Of a DNA stretch of 28,247 bases, positions 9,750-17,716 are shown piece by piece. A model generated the notes under the pieces. The model saw nothing but the letters and a program-made list of their open reading frames with translations, had not been told where the DNA came from and made no database searches. The position numbers and the translations under genes are program-made. The stretch is from an uncultured Dehalococcoidaceae bacterium (GTDB lineage: Bacteria; Chloroflexota; Dehalococcoidia; Dehalococcoidales; RBG-16-60-22): the NCBI GenBank assembly GCA_964489415.1, contig CAZAYK010000001.1, positions 7,324 to 35,570 on the forward strand, given 5' to 3'. Position 1 is the first letter of the stretch. Every line of letters starts with the position of its first letter.

Positions 9750-10639
9750 TCGGACAAAGCCCTCCCGGTGAGTCTGAAGAAGACATCCTCCAGGGTGGCT
9801 GACCGCGGTCGGGCGGGGAGCACCTTGGCCAGGTCATCATCAGCGTGGAAGATCTGGATGGTATTACCCGTCTCGTCAAACTCAAGCTGGCGACGGGTTA
9901 GCTCCTGGATAATCTTATCTCTACCTTCTGGGGTTATTTCCATCTCCCATACCTTGCCGCCCACATATTGGTGGATGAGCCCCTGCGGGGTGTCACAGGC
10001 CAGGACTCTGCCCAGGTGCATTACGGCTACCCGGTCACAGAGGAAGGTTGCCTCCGCCATGTTCTGGGTACACAGCAGCTGGGTAACCCCCTGGGACTTG
10101 AGCTCCATTAGTTTCTGCCAGACGAGGTGCCTGGCTTGCGGGTCAAGGCCGATGGACGGCTCATCCAGGATGAGGATTTTGGGGTGGTTAATCAGGCTGC
10201 GGGCAAGGAGTAAACGGCGCTTCATCCCCCCGGAGAGCTCTTTAATCCGGCTCTTCTGTTTATCTTCCAGCTGGAACAGCTTGAGGACTTCCCGGCTGCG
10301 GCGGTAGGCTTCCTCCTTGGGGATGGAGAAGTAGCGGGCGAAGGTGGTCAGGTTCTGCAGTACGTTCAGGTCCTCGTCAAGGTTGTTTACCTGGGGCACA
10401 ACGCCTAAGATGGCTTTTATCTGGCGGGGGAATTGGGCCAGGTTCTTGCCATCCACCCAGATATCGCCCTCGGTGGGCGGGGAGACGGCGGTTATCATCC
10501 TGATTAGTGAGGTCTTCCCGGCACCGTTGGGCCCCAGTAGCCCAAAGCACTCGCCGTCATTTATTTCCAGATTTAGCCTGTCTACCGCTACCAGTTCGCC
10601 AAATTTCTTGGTTAGGTTTGAGGTTCTAATGATTGCCAT
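9746..10639 (-). CDS. ABC exporter ATP-binding subunit (NodI/DrrA-like)
   Basis: Walker A GPNGAGKT, signature LSGGM, Walker B ILILDEP, C-terminal TLEDVF; the H-loop reads TQN instead of TH. Confidence 0.92.
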   Translation of the reverse strand: MAIIRTSNLTKKFGELVAVDRLNLEINDGECFGLLGPNGAGKTSLIRMITAVSPPTEGDIWVDGKNLAQFPRQIKAILGVVPQVNNLDEDLNVLQNLTTFARYFSIPKEEAYRRSREVLKLFQLEDKQKSRIKELSGGMKRRLLLARSLINHPKILILDEPSIGLDPQARHLVWQKLMELKSQGVTQLLCTQNMAEATFLCDRVAVMHLGRVLACDTPQGLIHQYVGGKVWEMEITPEGRDKIIQELTRRQLEFDETGNTIQIFHADDDLAKVLPARPRSATLEDVFFRLTGRALSE

Positions 10640-10655
10640 GGGATTCCGCTTGGGG

Positions 10656-11891
10656 TTAGGCTCCCCGCTCCCGGATCAGCCTCTCCCCATACTCGAGGAG
10701 CACCTTAGCCCGCTCGGTGGGTACCTTCTTGGCGTCGAGGTAGGCTTTCAGGGCGGTGGTGGGGGTTAGTGCCTCGGCGGTAAAGCTGCCCAGCCTGAGG
10801 CGTGTCTCCTGCTTTATCTCCCGGGCGATAGTTGAGTAATGGGCTTCTTTCAGCGCATTTCTCAGGTCATTATCCCGTAGGTGCCCTTCTATCGGGGCGG
10901 GTAGGGTAATGTTGAGCCGCACGATGGCATCTCTGACCTTGTCTTGGTGGTGGGCAATAGCGGTGAGTATCGTGGCGGTGGGATCAGGGTCATGGGGCTC
11001 CAGGGTCACGTTGATGGTAACAAAGCGGCGCCCGGCTACCGGGTGGAAGGTGAAGGAGACTCGCCGTTTCCCGGTTGCCGGGTCCGGCTCAATCTCGACC
11101 AGGTAAAACCCTTTGTCATCATCCTCATCGCCAAAGTCAAGCCGCTCCACGCTGCCGGCATACACCACTGGGGGGTTATCGTGGAGCACCTGGTGGCGGT
11201 GGATGTGCCCCAGCGCCACATAGTCAAAGGCGGGCAGGGCGAGGTTACTTACCAGCAGGGCATGGTCCTGCCCGATGGTCATCTGTTTTTCCGTCCCGGT
11301 CTGAGCCCCGAACACCCAGACATGGGCGGCCAGTATGGTGGGCAGGGTGGGGTCAATTTGGCTAGCGCTGGTGGCGATGATATTGGTCAGCACCTGGGCC
11401 AGTTTTTGCTTGATCTGGTCAAAATCAAGGTTTCGGGTATCTTCTTTGGTGAGTATGGCGCTGCGCCTCAGCCAGGGCAGGGAGACTACCTGCACCGTGC
11501 CACTGCGGGTGGGGATAAGGTGGATATCGGGGCGGTTAGAGATGTAGACATTCCTGACATCGAGAGTGCCGAAAATCTCAATTGAGGTTGCCCGGCCGAT
11601 GGCGTTGGACAGATCATGATTGCCCACCAGCAGAAAGGTGGGGATATCGTTGGTGGCGAGGCGATTGATGCGCTTGGCGAATTCCCGCTGCTGGGTCGGG
11701 GTGGGCTCACGGCTCTTGTAGGCATCGCCACAGAAGAGGACGAGGTCAACGCGGTGGTCAATGGCGTAGTCAACAATCTGGTCCAGTGCCGAGAGGAAAT
11801 CGAGCAGGCGTGATGGCAGCCCGGTAGCCGGGTCAAGACGCCCGTAGGTCTCAACGCCGAGGTGCAGGTCAGCAAAGTGGAGGATTTTCAT
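10656..11891 (-). CDS. sbcD: SbcD/Mre11-family metallophosphoesterase nuclease
   Basis: All five motifs present: ADLHLG, GDAY, GNHD, AHV, ALGHIH. Start placed at ATG 11891 (MKILHF), which overlaps the glyQS TAA as TAATG. Confidence 0.88.
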   Translation of the reverse strand: MKILHFADLHLGVETYGRLDPATGLPSRLLDFLSALDQIVDYAIDHRVDLVLFCGDAYKSREPTPTQQREFAKRINRLATNDIPTFLLVGNHDLSNAIGRATSIEIFGTLDVRNVYISNRPDIHLIPTRSGTVQVVSLPWLRRSAILTKEDTRNLDFDQIKQKLAQVLTNIIATSASQIDPTLPTILAAHVWVFGAQTGTEKQMTIGQDHALLVSNLALPAFDYVALGHIHRHQVLHDNPPVVYAGSVERLDFGDEDDDKGFYLVEIEPDPATGKRRVSFTFHPVAGRRFVTINVTLEPHDPDPTATILTAIAHHQDKVRDAIVRLNITLPAPIEGHLRDNDLRNALKEAHYSTIAREIKQETRLRLGSFTAEALTPTTALKAYLDAKKVPTERAKVLLEYGERLIRERGA

Positions 11892-13249
11892 TACTCCTTC
11901 CATACTGAGCCGCCGGGGGGGAGGACAAACAGGTCTTCCCCGGCCAGCTTGGCCCGCAGGGTGTTCTTCAGCTGGCTGATGGGGACTCGTATCTGGTTCA
12001 TGGTATCGCGCTCCCGTATCGTCACCTGGTTATCCTCCAGCGACTGGAAGTCAATGGTAACGCAGAAGGGGGTGCCGAGCTCATCCTGGCGCCGGTAGCG
12101 GCGGCCGATGCTCTGGGTATCATCATACCGCACCATCCAGCACGGGCGCAGGTCAGCATAGATCTCTTTGGCAAGCTTGACCAGCGGCTCCTTGCGGCTC
12201 AGGGGCAGCACGGCCACCTTAACCGGAGCCAGTGCCGGGTGAAAATGCAGCACCACTCTGATCTCATCCTGATCCGGTTCTTCATCATAGGCCTCGCACA
12301 GGAAGGCCAGCACCGAGCGGTCCACCCCGGCCGAGGGCTCGATAACATAGGGCACAATACGCTGCCTGGTCTCATCATCATAGTAGTCCAGGCTCTTGCC
12401 ACTGTGTTGAGCGTGCTGCTTGAGGTCATAGTCACCGCGGTTGGCGATACCTTCTAGCTCCGCCCAGCCCATGGGGAACAGGTAGTCAATGTCATAGCAG
12501 ACTATAGCATAGTGGGCCAGTTCATCCTTAGAGTGCTGGCGCAGCCGCAGGTTTTCCCGTTTGATGCCCAGCTTGACATACCAGTTGAGGCGTTCCTCGA
12601 CCCAGTAGTTAAACCATTCCTCATCGGTTCCCGGCTTGACAAAGTATTCAATTTCCATCTGCTCAAATTCCCGGCTGCGGAAGATAAAGTTACCGGTGGT
12701 AATCTCATTACGGAAGGACTTACCAATCTGGGCAATGCCGAAGGGCAGCCTCATTCGGGTGGTATTGACCACGTTCTGGAAATTAACAAAGATACCCTGA
12801 GCCGTCTCCGGGCGCAGGTAGACCACATTGGCCTCCTCCTCAACGGGGCCCATAAAGGTCTTGAACATTAGATTGAAGAGGTGGGGCTCGGTCACTTCAC
12901 CGCCACAGGAGGGGCAGCGGTTGTCCTGCAGCTCGTCGGTGCGCCATCTCAGGTGGCAGTTCTTGCACTCCACTAGGGGGTCAGTAAACTGCTCCAGATG
13001 CTTGCTGGCGACCCATACCTGGGGGTGCATGAGGATGCTGGTATCCAGCCCCACCATGTCATCGCGGGCGTGGACAATGTCATGCCACCAGGCCTGCTTG
13101 ATATTGCGCTTCAGTTCCACGCCCATGGGGCCATAGTCCCAGCAGCTGGACAGACCACCGTAGATCTCGCTGCTGGGGAAGATGAACCCCCGCCGCTGAC
13201 ACAGCGATACCAGCTTTTCCAGGCTAACCTTGCTTGATGCTTGCGCCAT
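11891..13249 (-). CDS. glyQS: Glycine--tRNA ligase, homodimeric (alpha2) type
   Basis: RRGFIFPSSEIYGG, WDYGPMG, FNLMFKT, YLRPETAQGIF, AQIGKSFRNEIT, FRSREFEQMEIE, ELEGIANR, VIEPSAGVDR, IGRRYRRQDE. Start revised to ATG 13249 (TAATG overlap with DUF1648). Confidence 0.96.
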   Translation of the reverse strand: MAQASSKVSLEKLVSLCQRRGFIFPSSEIYGGLSSCWDYGPMGVELKRNIKQAWWHDIVHARDDMVGLDTSILMHPQVWVASKHLEQFTDPLVECKNCHLRWRTDELQDNRCPSCGGEVTEPHLFNLMFKTFMGPVEEEANVVYLRPETAQGIFVNFQNVVNTTRMRLPFGIAQIGKSFRNEITTGNFIFRSREFEQMEIEYFVKPGTDEEWFNYWVEERLNWYVKLGIKRENLRLRQHSKDELAHYAIVCYDIDYLFPMGWAELEGIANRGDYDLKQHAQHSGKSLDYYDDETRQRIVPYVIEPSAGVDRSVLAFLCEAYDEEPDQDEIRVVLHFHPALAPVKVAVLPLSRKEPLVKLAKEIYADLRPCWMVRYDDTQSIGRRYRRQDELGTPFCVTIDFQSLEDNQVTIRERDTMNQIRVPISQLKNTLRAKLAGEDLFVLPPGGSVWKE

Positions 13250-13794
13250 TACTCTTGCTCCCTTGAAACCCTGGCCGTAGCCTGAACCCGGCGGATGGCT
13301 TGGAGGAAAAATAGGCTCAGGATAATACCACCTACCCCCATAACCAGCACAGCGAATATCCACAGGGGTATCAGGTGGATCTGGTAGGCATTGTAGCTGA
13401 AAATGTCGAGCATTGCAAAGCCGAGGATGACCTGGGGTAGGGCCACCATATTGCCCATGAGGGTTAGGATTATCTTTACCGCGGTGTTTTCGGTTTGGGG
13501 GAAGCGGGTGCCCAGCATTAGCATTCCCCAGACAATGGCTACCGCCAGCAGGGTAAACAGTAGCTGGGGGATGAGTAGCCAGGCGATGATGCTGCCGCGG
13601 CTCATCCATTTATCCGGTGAGCCATTCTCAAAGTGATAGGCTACCTCACCCGGCAGCCGGGGGTAGAAGCAAGCCGTCAGGATTATGGCAATGAGGAGGA
13701 TGGCGAGGGGTAAAGCGAGATATGCCCAGCGGAAGGTGATACCCTTCCCCGAGGCTGCCTCTCTCGTTTGTTGGGTGAGGTTAATGGTGATCAC
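13249..13794 (-). CDS. DUF1648 (SdpI-like N-terminal domain) membrane protein
   Basis: TM helix followed by YPRLPGEVAYHF..GSPD.W (LP..V..HF...G.PD pattern), then further TM segments. Confidence 0.75.
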   Translation of the reverse strand: MITINLTQQTREAASGKGITFRWAYLALPLAILLIAIILTACFYPRLPGEVAYHFENGSPDKWMSRGSIIAWLLIPQLLFTLLAVAIVWGMLMLGTRFPQTENTAVKIILTLMGNMVALPQVILGFAMLDIFSYNAYQIHLIPLWIFAVLVMGVGGIILSLFFLQAIRRVQATARVSREQE

Positions 13795-13828
13795 CTATGT
13801 ACTGTTGCCGCAATTTACAATTATAAGA

Positions 13829-13857
13829 AAGTTACCAGCTTTAAGCGCCGATGTCAA
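13829..13857 (-). promoter_or_regulatory. sigma70-type promoter for the DUF1648-glyQS-sbcD-ABC operon
   Basis: TTGACA (13857-13852), 17 bp spacer, TAACTT (13834-13829); a further TATAAT at 13825-13820. Confidence 0.6.
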
Positions 13858-13931
13858 AGGGGGTGGTAGCTTCCATAAGCCTGATTAACGGCCCTTATTC
13901 CGGTAGGCTGGCCTCCCTAAAAATCTGAATC

Positions 13932-15023
13932 TCAGTATTGTCCCCTGAGCCTCTCCAGGCGGTGAAGGGCCTCATTCTTCTCGGTTATACCGATTTTCGT
14001 CCGGCGGATGGCTCGGGAGAGAAGCTCGATACTCTGGTCATAGGTTTTTCTGTCCACAGGATAGGGGATGCCATCCTTGCCACCGTGGGCAAAGCTGTAG
14101 CGCGCCGGGTCACGGTAGCTGGGGGCAACTCCGTAAACCAATTCGGAAATCAGGCAGAGGGCCCGGATGGTCTTGGCCCCAACCCCGGGAAGACCCAGTA
14201 ACTGCTCGAAGTCATGCGGCTGGCGCTCGTAGGTAGTGAGCAGAATCCGGCGGAGACTATCGGGGTGCAGGTCGTCAGCCACTATTTGATGACGGTGGGG
14301 CAGATTCAGGGTCTTTATCTTGTTGAGTTCTGCGGTGAGCCTTTCCGGCTTTTCCGTGGTGGCAATCTCGGTGATGGTGGTTCGTGCCGGGTCACTTTCG
14401 CTGGCGGTGAGGTTTAAGGCTTCTCCCCGGGCTTCAGATAATATGGCGCAGTGGGGCTCGTTAACAAGGTTGGTTACTGCCTCCCCCAGCCAGTGGTAGC
14501 GGCGGGCATAACGGTTAACCTCGTTCATCCCCTGCTGGATAACCGCCCAGGAGCCGTTCCTAGTGAACAGAAAATTGTGGTGATAGAGCTGGTAGCCGTC
14601 CTGGACGGCGGCGCTGTCCACCTTGGCTGACATGCGGCTGGCATAGACCAGGGGGGCCGGGTCCAGGCAGACCCGGTTCCCCCACTCCTCTATCTCCGCC
14701 GGCGCTTTCCGTGACGTTTTCCCCTTGCCCCCGGCAACAAACAGCCCCAGGTCAGCCTCGATCCCTTTTATCCCCTCTTTGAGGGCACCGCCGAGGGTGG
14801 TGGTGACGCCACTGGAGTGCCAGTCAAAGCCAAGGATGCAGCCCAAGGCCTGGAACCAGTAGGGGTGGGAGAGCCGCCGCAGCATCTCTTCAGGACCAAA
14901 GTCAGTGACGATGGCGATGGTGATTTCACGGGCTAACTTCACCATGCGGTCAAACAGCCATTTCGGTGCCTTCCCGTGGTGCAGGGGGAGATTAGCAATG
15001 CCCGTTCTTCTGGGGGTGATCAT
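13932..15023 (-). CDS. DUF763 domain-containing protein
   Basis: GIANLPLHHGKAPKWLFDRM, LSHPYWFQALGCILGFDWHSSGVTT, MSAKVDSAAVQDGYQLYHH, WAVIQQGMN, ARRYHW, YSFAHGGKDGIPYPVD; HhH-like LLGLPGVGAKT. Start revised to ATG 15023 with SD-like AAGGGGG. Confidence 0.88.
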   Translation of the reverse strand: MITPRRTGIANLPLHHGKAPKWLFDRMVKLAREITIAIVTDFGPEEMLRRLSHPYWFQALGCILGFDWHSSGVTTTLGGALKEGIKGIEADLGLFVAGGKGKTSRKAPAEIEEWGNRVCLDPAPLVYASRMSAKVDSAAVQDGYQLYHHNFLFTRNGSWAVIQQGMNEVNRYARRYHWLGEAVTNLVNEPHCAILSEARGEALNLTASESDPARTTITEIATTEKPERLTAELNKIKTLNLPHRHQIVADDLHPDSLRRILLTTYERQPHDFEQLLGLPGVGAKTIRALCLISELVYGVAPSYRDPARYSFAHGGKDGIPYPVDRKTYDQSIELLSRAIRRTKIGITEKNEALHRLERLRGQY

Positions 15024-15048
15024 GGCGTTTTTTAAGCCCCCCTTATCT

Positions 15049-15285
15049 TTAGAGACCGCAGGTGCTGCAGTTGGTGGCGCTACAGCCAGTACAGGAACTG
15101 CCGGTGCCCGGAACCGGAGTGGACAGTCCTGATTCATCGGTGGTGAAGGAGGCAAAGAGGGACAATTGCCGTTTTGCTGGCTTCTGGCAGCGGGGGCAGG
15201 GAGCCTCACCGTCAGCCTGGCTAACCGGGCGGATTTGCTCGAACTTCAGGTCACAATCGGGGCAATGGTACTCGTAGAGTGGCAT
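15049..15285 (-). CDS. FmdB-family zinc-ribbon protein with Cys-rich tail
   Basis: MPLYEYHCPDC..KFE...CPRC; tail SCTGCSATNCSTC. Confidence 0.88.
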   Translation of the reverse strand: MPLYEYHCPDCDLKFEQIRPVSQADGEAPCPRCQKPAKRQLSLFASFTTDESGLSTPVPGTGSSCTGCSATNCSTCGL

Positions 15286-15303
15286 CGTTATTCTCCTAAT
15301 ACA

Positions 15304-15332
15304 ATTTTACGGCAGGGCGGGTGGTCAGTCAA
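15304..15332 (-). promoter_or_regulatory. sigma70-type promoter for FmdB-DUF763
   Basis: TTGACT (15332-15327), 17 bp spacer, TAAAAT (15309-15304). Confidence 0.7.
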
Positions 15333-15383
15333 CCTTGGGTTCGGGAAAGGCGGGGGCAATTATCTACAGTGGTTTTCCTGCTG

Positions 15384-15403
15384 TATAATAGTTGGGGGAG
15401 GTG
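15384..15403 (+). promoter_or_regulatory. -10 element and SD of xth
   Basis: TATAAT at 15384-15389 and GGGAGGTG at 15396-15403; no convincing -35. Confidence 0.5.
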
Positions 15404-15409
15404 ATAGTG

Positions 15410-16186
15410 ATGACGGAGTTAAAGCTATTCTCGTGGAATGTTAACGGGGCGAGGGCGGTGAGACGGAAGGGTTTTTTAGAGTGGTTGTATCAGGAATCTC
15501 CGGACATTCTCTGTATTCAGGAGACGAAGGCGCGCCCGGAGCAGCTTGATGATGAGATGAAGGCGCCACGGGGGTATCATGCCTACTGGAACTACCCGGA
15601 GAAGGGGGGGTATAGTGGGGTGGCTACGTTTAGTAAGGAAGAGCCCCTGGCGGTGGATTATGACTTTGATGTGGCTGGTTTTGACACCGAGGGAAGGGTT
15701 CTGATTACGGAGTATCCGGCATTCAGTTTACTAAACATCTACTTCCCCAACGGGAAACAGAGTGCGGAACGGCTGAAATACAAGATGGATTTTTATGATG
15801 TTTTTCTTGATTTTGCCGATAGGTTAAGGGCGGGGGGCAAGAAGCTGGTCATCTGTGGAGACCTGAATACGGCTCACAAGGAAATAGACCTTGCCCGGCC
15901 CAAGGAGAATGAGAAGGTATCGGGATTTTTGCCCATGGAGAGGGAATGGATAGATAAGTTTATTGGTCACGGTTATGTGGACACCTTCCGCCACTTTAAC
16001 CAGGAGCCGAATCAGTATACCTGGTGGGACCTGAAGTCTGGTGCCAGGGCGAGGAATGTGGGCTGGCGGCTGGACTACTTCTTTGTCAGTGAAGGCCTGC
16101 TGCCCTCGGTTACCCAGGCGTTCATTATGCCCCAGGTAATGGGCTCGGACCATTGTCCGGTGGGGATTATATTAAAGATAGATTAG
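15410..16186 (+). CDS. xth: Exodeoxyribonuclease III / AP endonuclease
   Basis: SWNVNG, LCIQETK, GYSGVA, EGRV, YFPNG, GDLNTAH, WRLDYFFVS, GSDHCP. Start placed at ATG 15410 after the SD. Confidence 0.95.
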   Translation: MTELKLFSWNVNGARAVRRKGFLEWLYQESPDILCIQETKARPEQLDDEMKAPRGYHAYWNYPEKGGYSGVATFSKEEPLAVDYDFDVAGFDTEGRVLITEYPAFSLLNIYFPNGKQSAERLKYKMDFYDVFLDFADRLRAGGKKLVICGDLNTAHKEIDLARPKENEKVSGFLPMEREWIDKFIGHGYVDTFRHFNQEPNQYTWWDLKSGARARNVGWRLDYFFVSEGLLPSVTQAFIMPQVMGSDHCPVGIILKID

Positions 16187-16842
16187 CCAAGCGGTAGCCG
16201 CTTCAGGCCGCTGGCCACATCATTAAGGTCATTAAACGGTGTGCAGGGGAGACCCTCCTGCTGGCACTGCTTGAGCAGGTCGCCGGTGGCGAAGACGTGG
16301 TGAGCCCGCCGTGCCGGGTAGATGTCGGAAGCGCCATTACCCACGTAGATGACCCGGTAACCCCGGTCCAGGAAAAGCCGGGTATACGCCTCCTTGAAGT
16401 TATCCTCCAGTATCCTGCCGTCGGGCCCGATGTAGTTGACCTCGATACCTTGCGGGGTGAACCGGCTCCGGGCGGCAAATGCCTTAAGGTGATTTATGCC
16501 CAGTTTGGCCAAAATGGCGTCAATATAAAAATCCTGCCCGTTGCTAACAATGACCAATTCCACGCCATTCTGGGAGCAATAGCTGAGCAGCTCGGGGAAG
16601 CCAGGTCGTATCTTTATCTTATCGCTATTCAGCACAAAGTTAAGGAGGGTTGGCTTGTCGGCCTTAATCATGGCAAATGCCCTGGTATTAAATGCCCCCA
16701 CGGAGATCCTGCCCTCGGTGTAATCCTTGAGCAGGTTTCGCCAGCTGGGGTCGGCAAAATTATCCAGTAACAGGAAGCTAACGTCTTGTTCGGTAATGGT
16801 GCCGTCAAAATCACATTGAATTAGGGTTTTCATTGTGGTCAC
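16183..16842 (-). CDS. HAD-IB family phosphatase (MtnX-like)
   Basis: Motif I CDFDGT, motif II VSNG, motif III K, motif IV GNGASD. No methionine-salvage genes nearby, so the substrate is uncertain. Confidence 0.8.
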   Translation of the reverse strand: MTTMKTLIQCDFDGTITEQDVSFLLLDNFADPSWRNLLKDYTEGRISVGAFNTRAFAMIKADKPTLLNFVLNSDKIKIRPGFPELLSYCSQNGVELVIVSNGQDFYIDAILAKLGINHLKAFAARSRFTPQGIEVNYIGPDGRILEDNFKEAYTRLFLDRGYRVIYVGNGASDIYPARRAHHVFATGDLLKQCQQEGLPCTPFNDLNDVASGLKRLPLG

Positions 16843-16872
16843 AATCCCTGGGGGTATCTTCTCAGCTATTCC

Positions 16873-16901
16873 ACTATATAGGATAGGGTTAGGCCGGTCA
16901 A
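16873..16901 (-). promoter_or_regulatory. sigma70-type promoter of the HAD-IB gene
   Basis: TTGACC (16901-16896), 17 bp spacer, TATAGT (16878-16873). Confidence 0.65.
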
Positions 16902-16915
16902 GCCAGGTGCCGTAA

Positions 16916-16945
16916 TTGATAGCCGGCGGTTCGTGATGCTAGAAT
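16916..16945 (+). promoter_or_regulatory. sigma70-type promoter of DUF72-Cof
   Basis: TTGATA (16916-16921), 18 bp spacer, TGc then TAGAAT (16940-16945). Confidence 0.65.
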
Positions 16946-16967
16946 GATACGGGAATAGGGGGCTCAG

Positions 16968-17696
16968 TTGGCGGAATACCTAATCGGTACCTCAGGCTGG
17001 CATTATGACCACTGGCGTGGCCGGTTCTATCCAGAGAGGCTGCCCAAGGGAGACTGGCTTGAATTTTACGCCCGTCATTTCACCACTGTTGAACTCAATA
17101 ATAGTTTTTATCGCCTGCCTTCGGAGGGTGCCTTGGCTAACTGGCGTGACTTGGCACCAGCTGGTTTTACCTTTGCGGTAAAGGTCAGCCGCTTTATTAC
17201 CCACATCAAGCGGCTGAAGAATTGTGGCGAGGCGGTGGCTAATTTTATCACCCGGGCACGGATTTTGGGGGATAAGCTGGGCCCGCTGCTCTACCAGCTG
17301 CCGCCGAATCTGCACCGTAATGACAGTTTGCTGGACTCATTCCTGTCCGGTTTACCTGAGGGCATGGAGCATGTGGTTGAATTCCGGCACCAGTCCTGGC
17401 TGGAGGACGAGGTCCTGGCCATTTTGCGCAAGCATAAAGTTGGTCTTTGCGTCTTTGATATGCCCTCACTGCCCTGCCCGTTACTGGCTACTGCTGATTT
17501 TGCCTATATCAGGTTTCATGGTAGCTCAAGCCTTTACTCCAGCTGTTACTCTGATGAGGAGCTGGCTTGCTGGGCACGGCGGCTGGCTGGGTTGGCGCCC
17601 CACCTGAGAGCCGTCTATGTCTATTTCAATAACGACGCCGAGGGCTTTGCCGTGAGGAATGCGCTAACCCTGCGGGGTTATCTGCACAGTCAATAG
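16968..17696 (+). CDS. DUF72 (YecE-like) TIM-barrel protein
   Basis: IGTSGWHY.HW...FYP, TVELNNSFY, FAVKVSRFITH, LYQLPP, VEFRHQSW, YIRFHG, YVYFNND. Confidence 0.92.
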   Translation: MAEYLIGTSGWHYDHWRGRFYPERLPKGDWLEFYARHFTTVELNNSFYRLPSEGALANWRDLAPAGFTFAVKVSRFITHIKRLKNCGEAVANFITRARILGDKLGPLLYQLPPNLHRNDSLLDSFLSGLPEGMEHVVEFRHQSWLEDEVLAILRKHKVGLCVFDMPSLPCPLLATADFAYIRFHGSSSLYSSCYSDEELACWARRLAGLAPHLRAVYVYFNNDAEGFAVRNALTLRGYLHSQ

Positions 17697-17716
17697 GCGA
17701 GATAAGGGAGATAACA

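Noticed and set aside
13250-13609. 120-aa N-terminal extension of glyQS in the ORF track
   Set aside because: It overlaps the DUF1648 gene in another frame and is low-complexity. GlyRS homology starts at MAQASSKVSLEK, whose ATG overlaps the upstream stop (TAATG).
13795-13931. T-box leader for glyQS
   Set aside because: No T-box consensus (AAGGTGGTACC/GCG-like) and the predicted leader is too short; glyQS is the second gene of the unit.
15024-15209. 62-aa N-terminal extension of DUF763
   Set aside because: It overlaps the FmdB gene; the Pro/Ala-rich sequence is a frame artefact; an SD-like sequence precedes ATG 15023.
16183-16842. Calling the HAD-IB gene mtnX (methionine salvage)
   Set aside because: No mtn genes in the window, and motif IV is GNGxxD; family membership does not fix the substrate.
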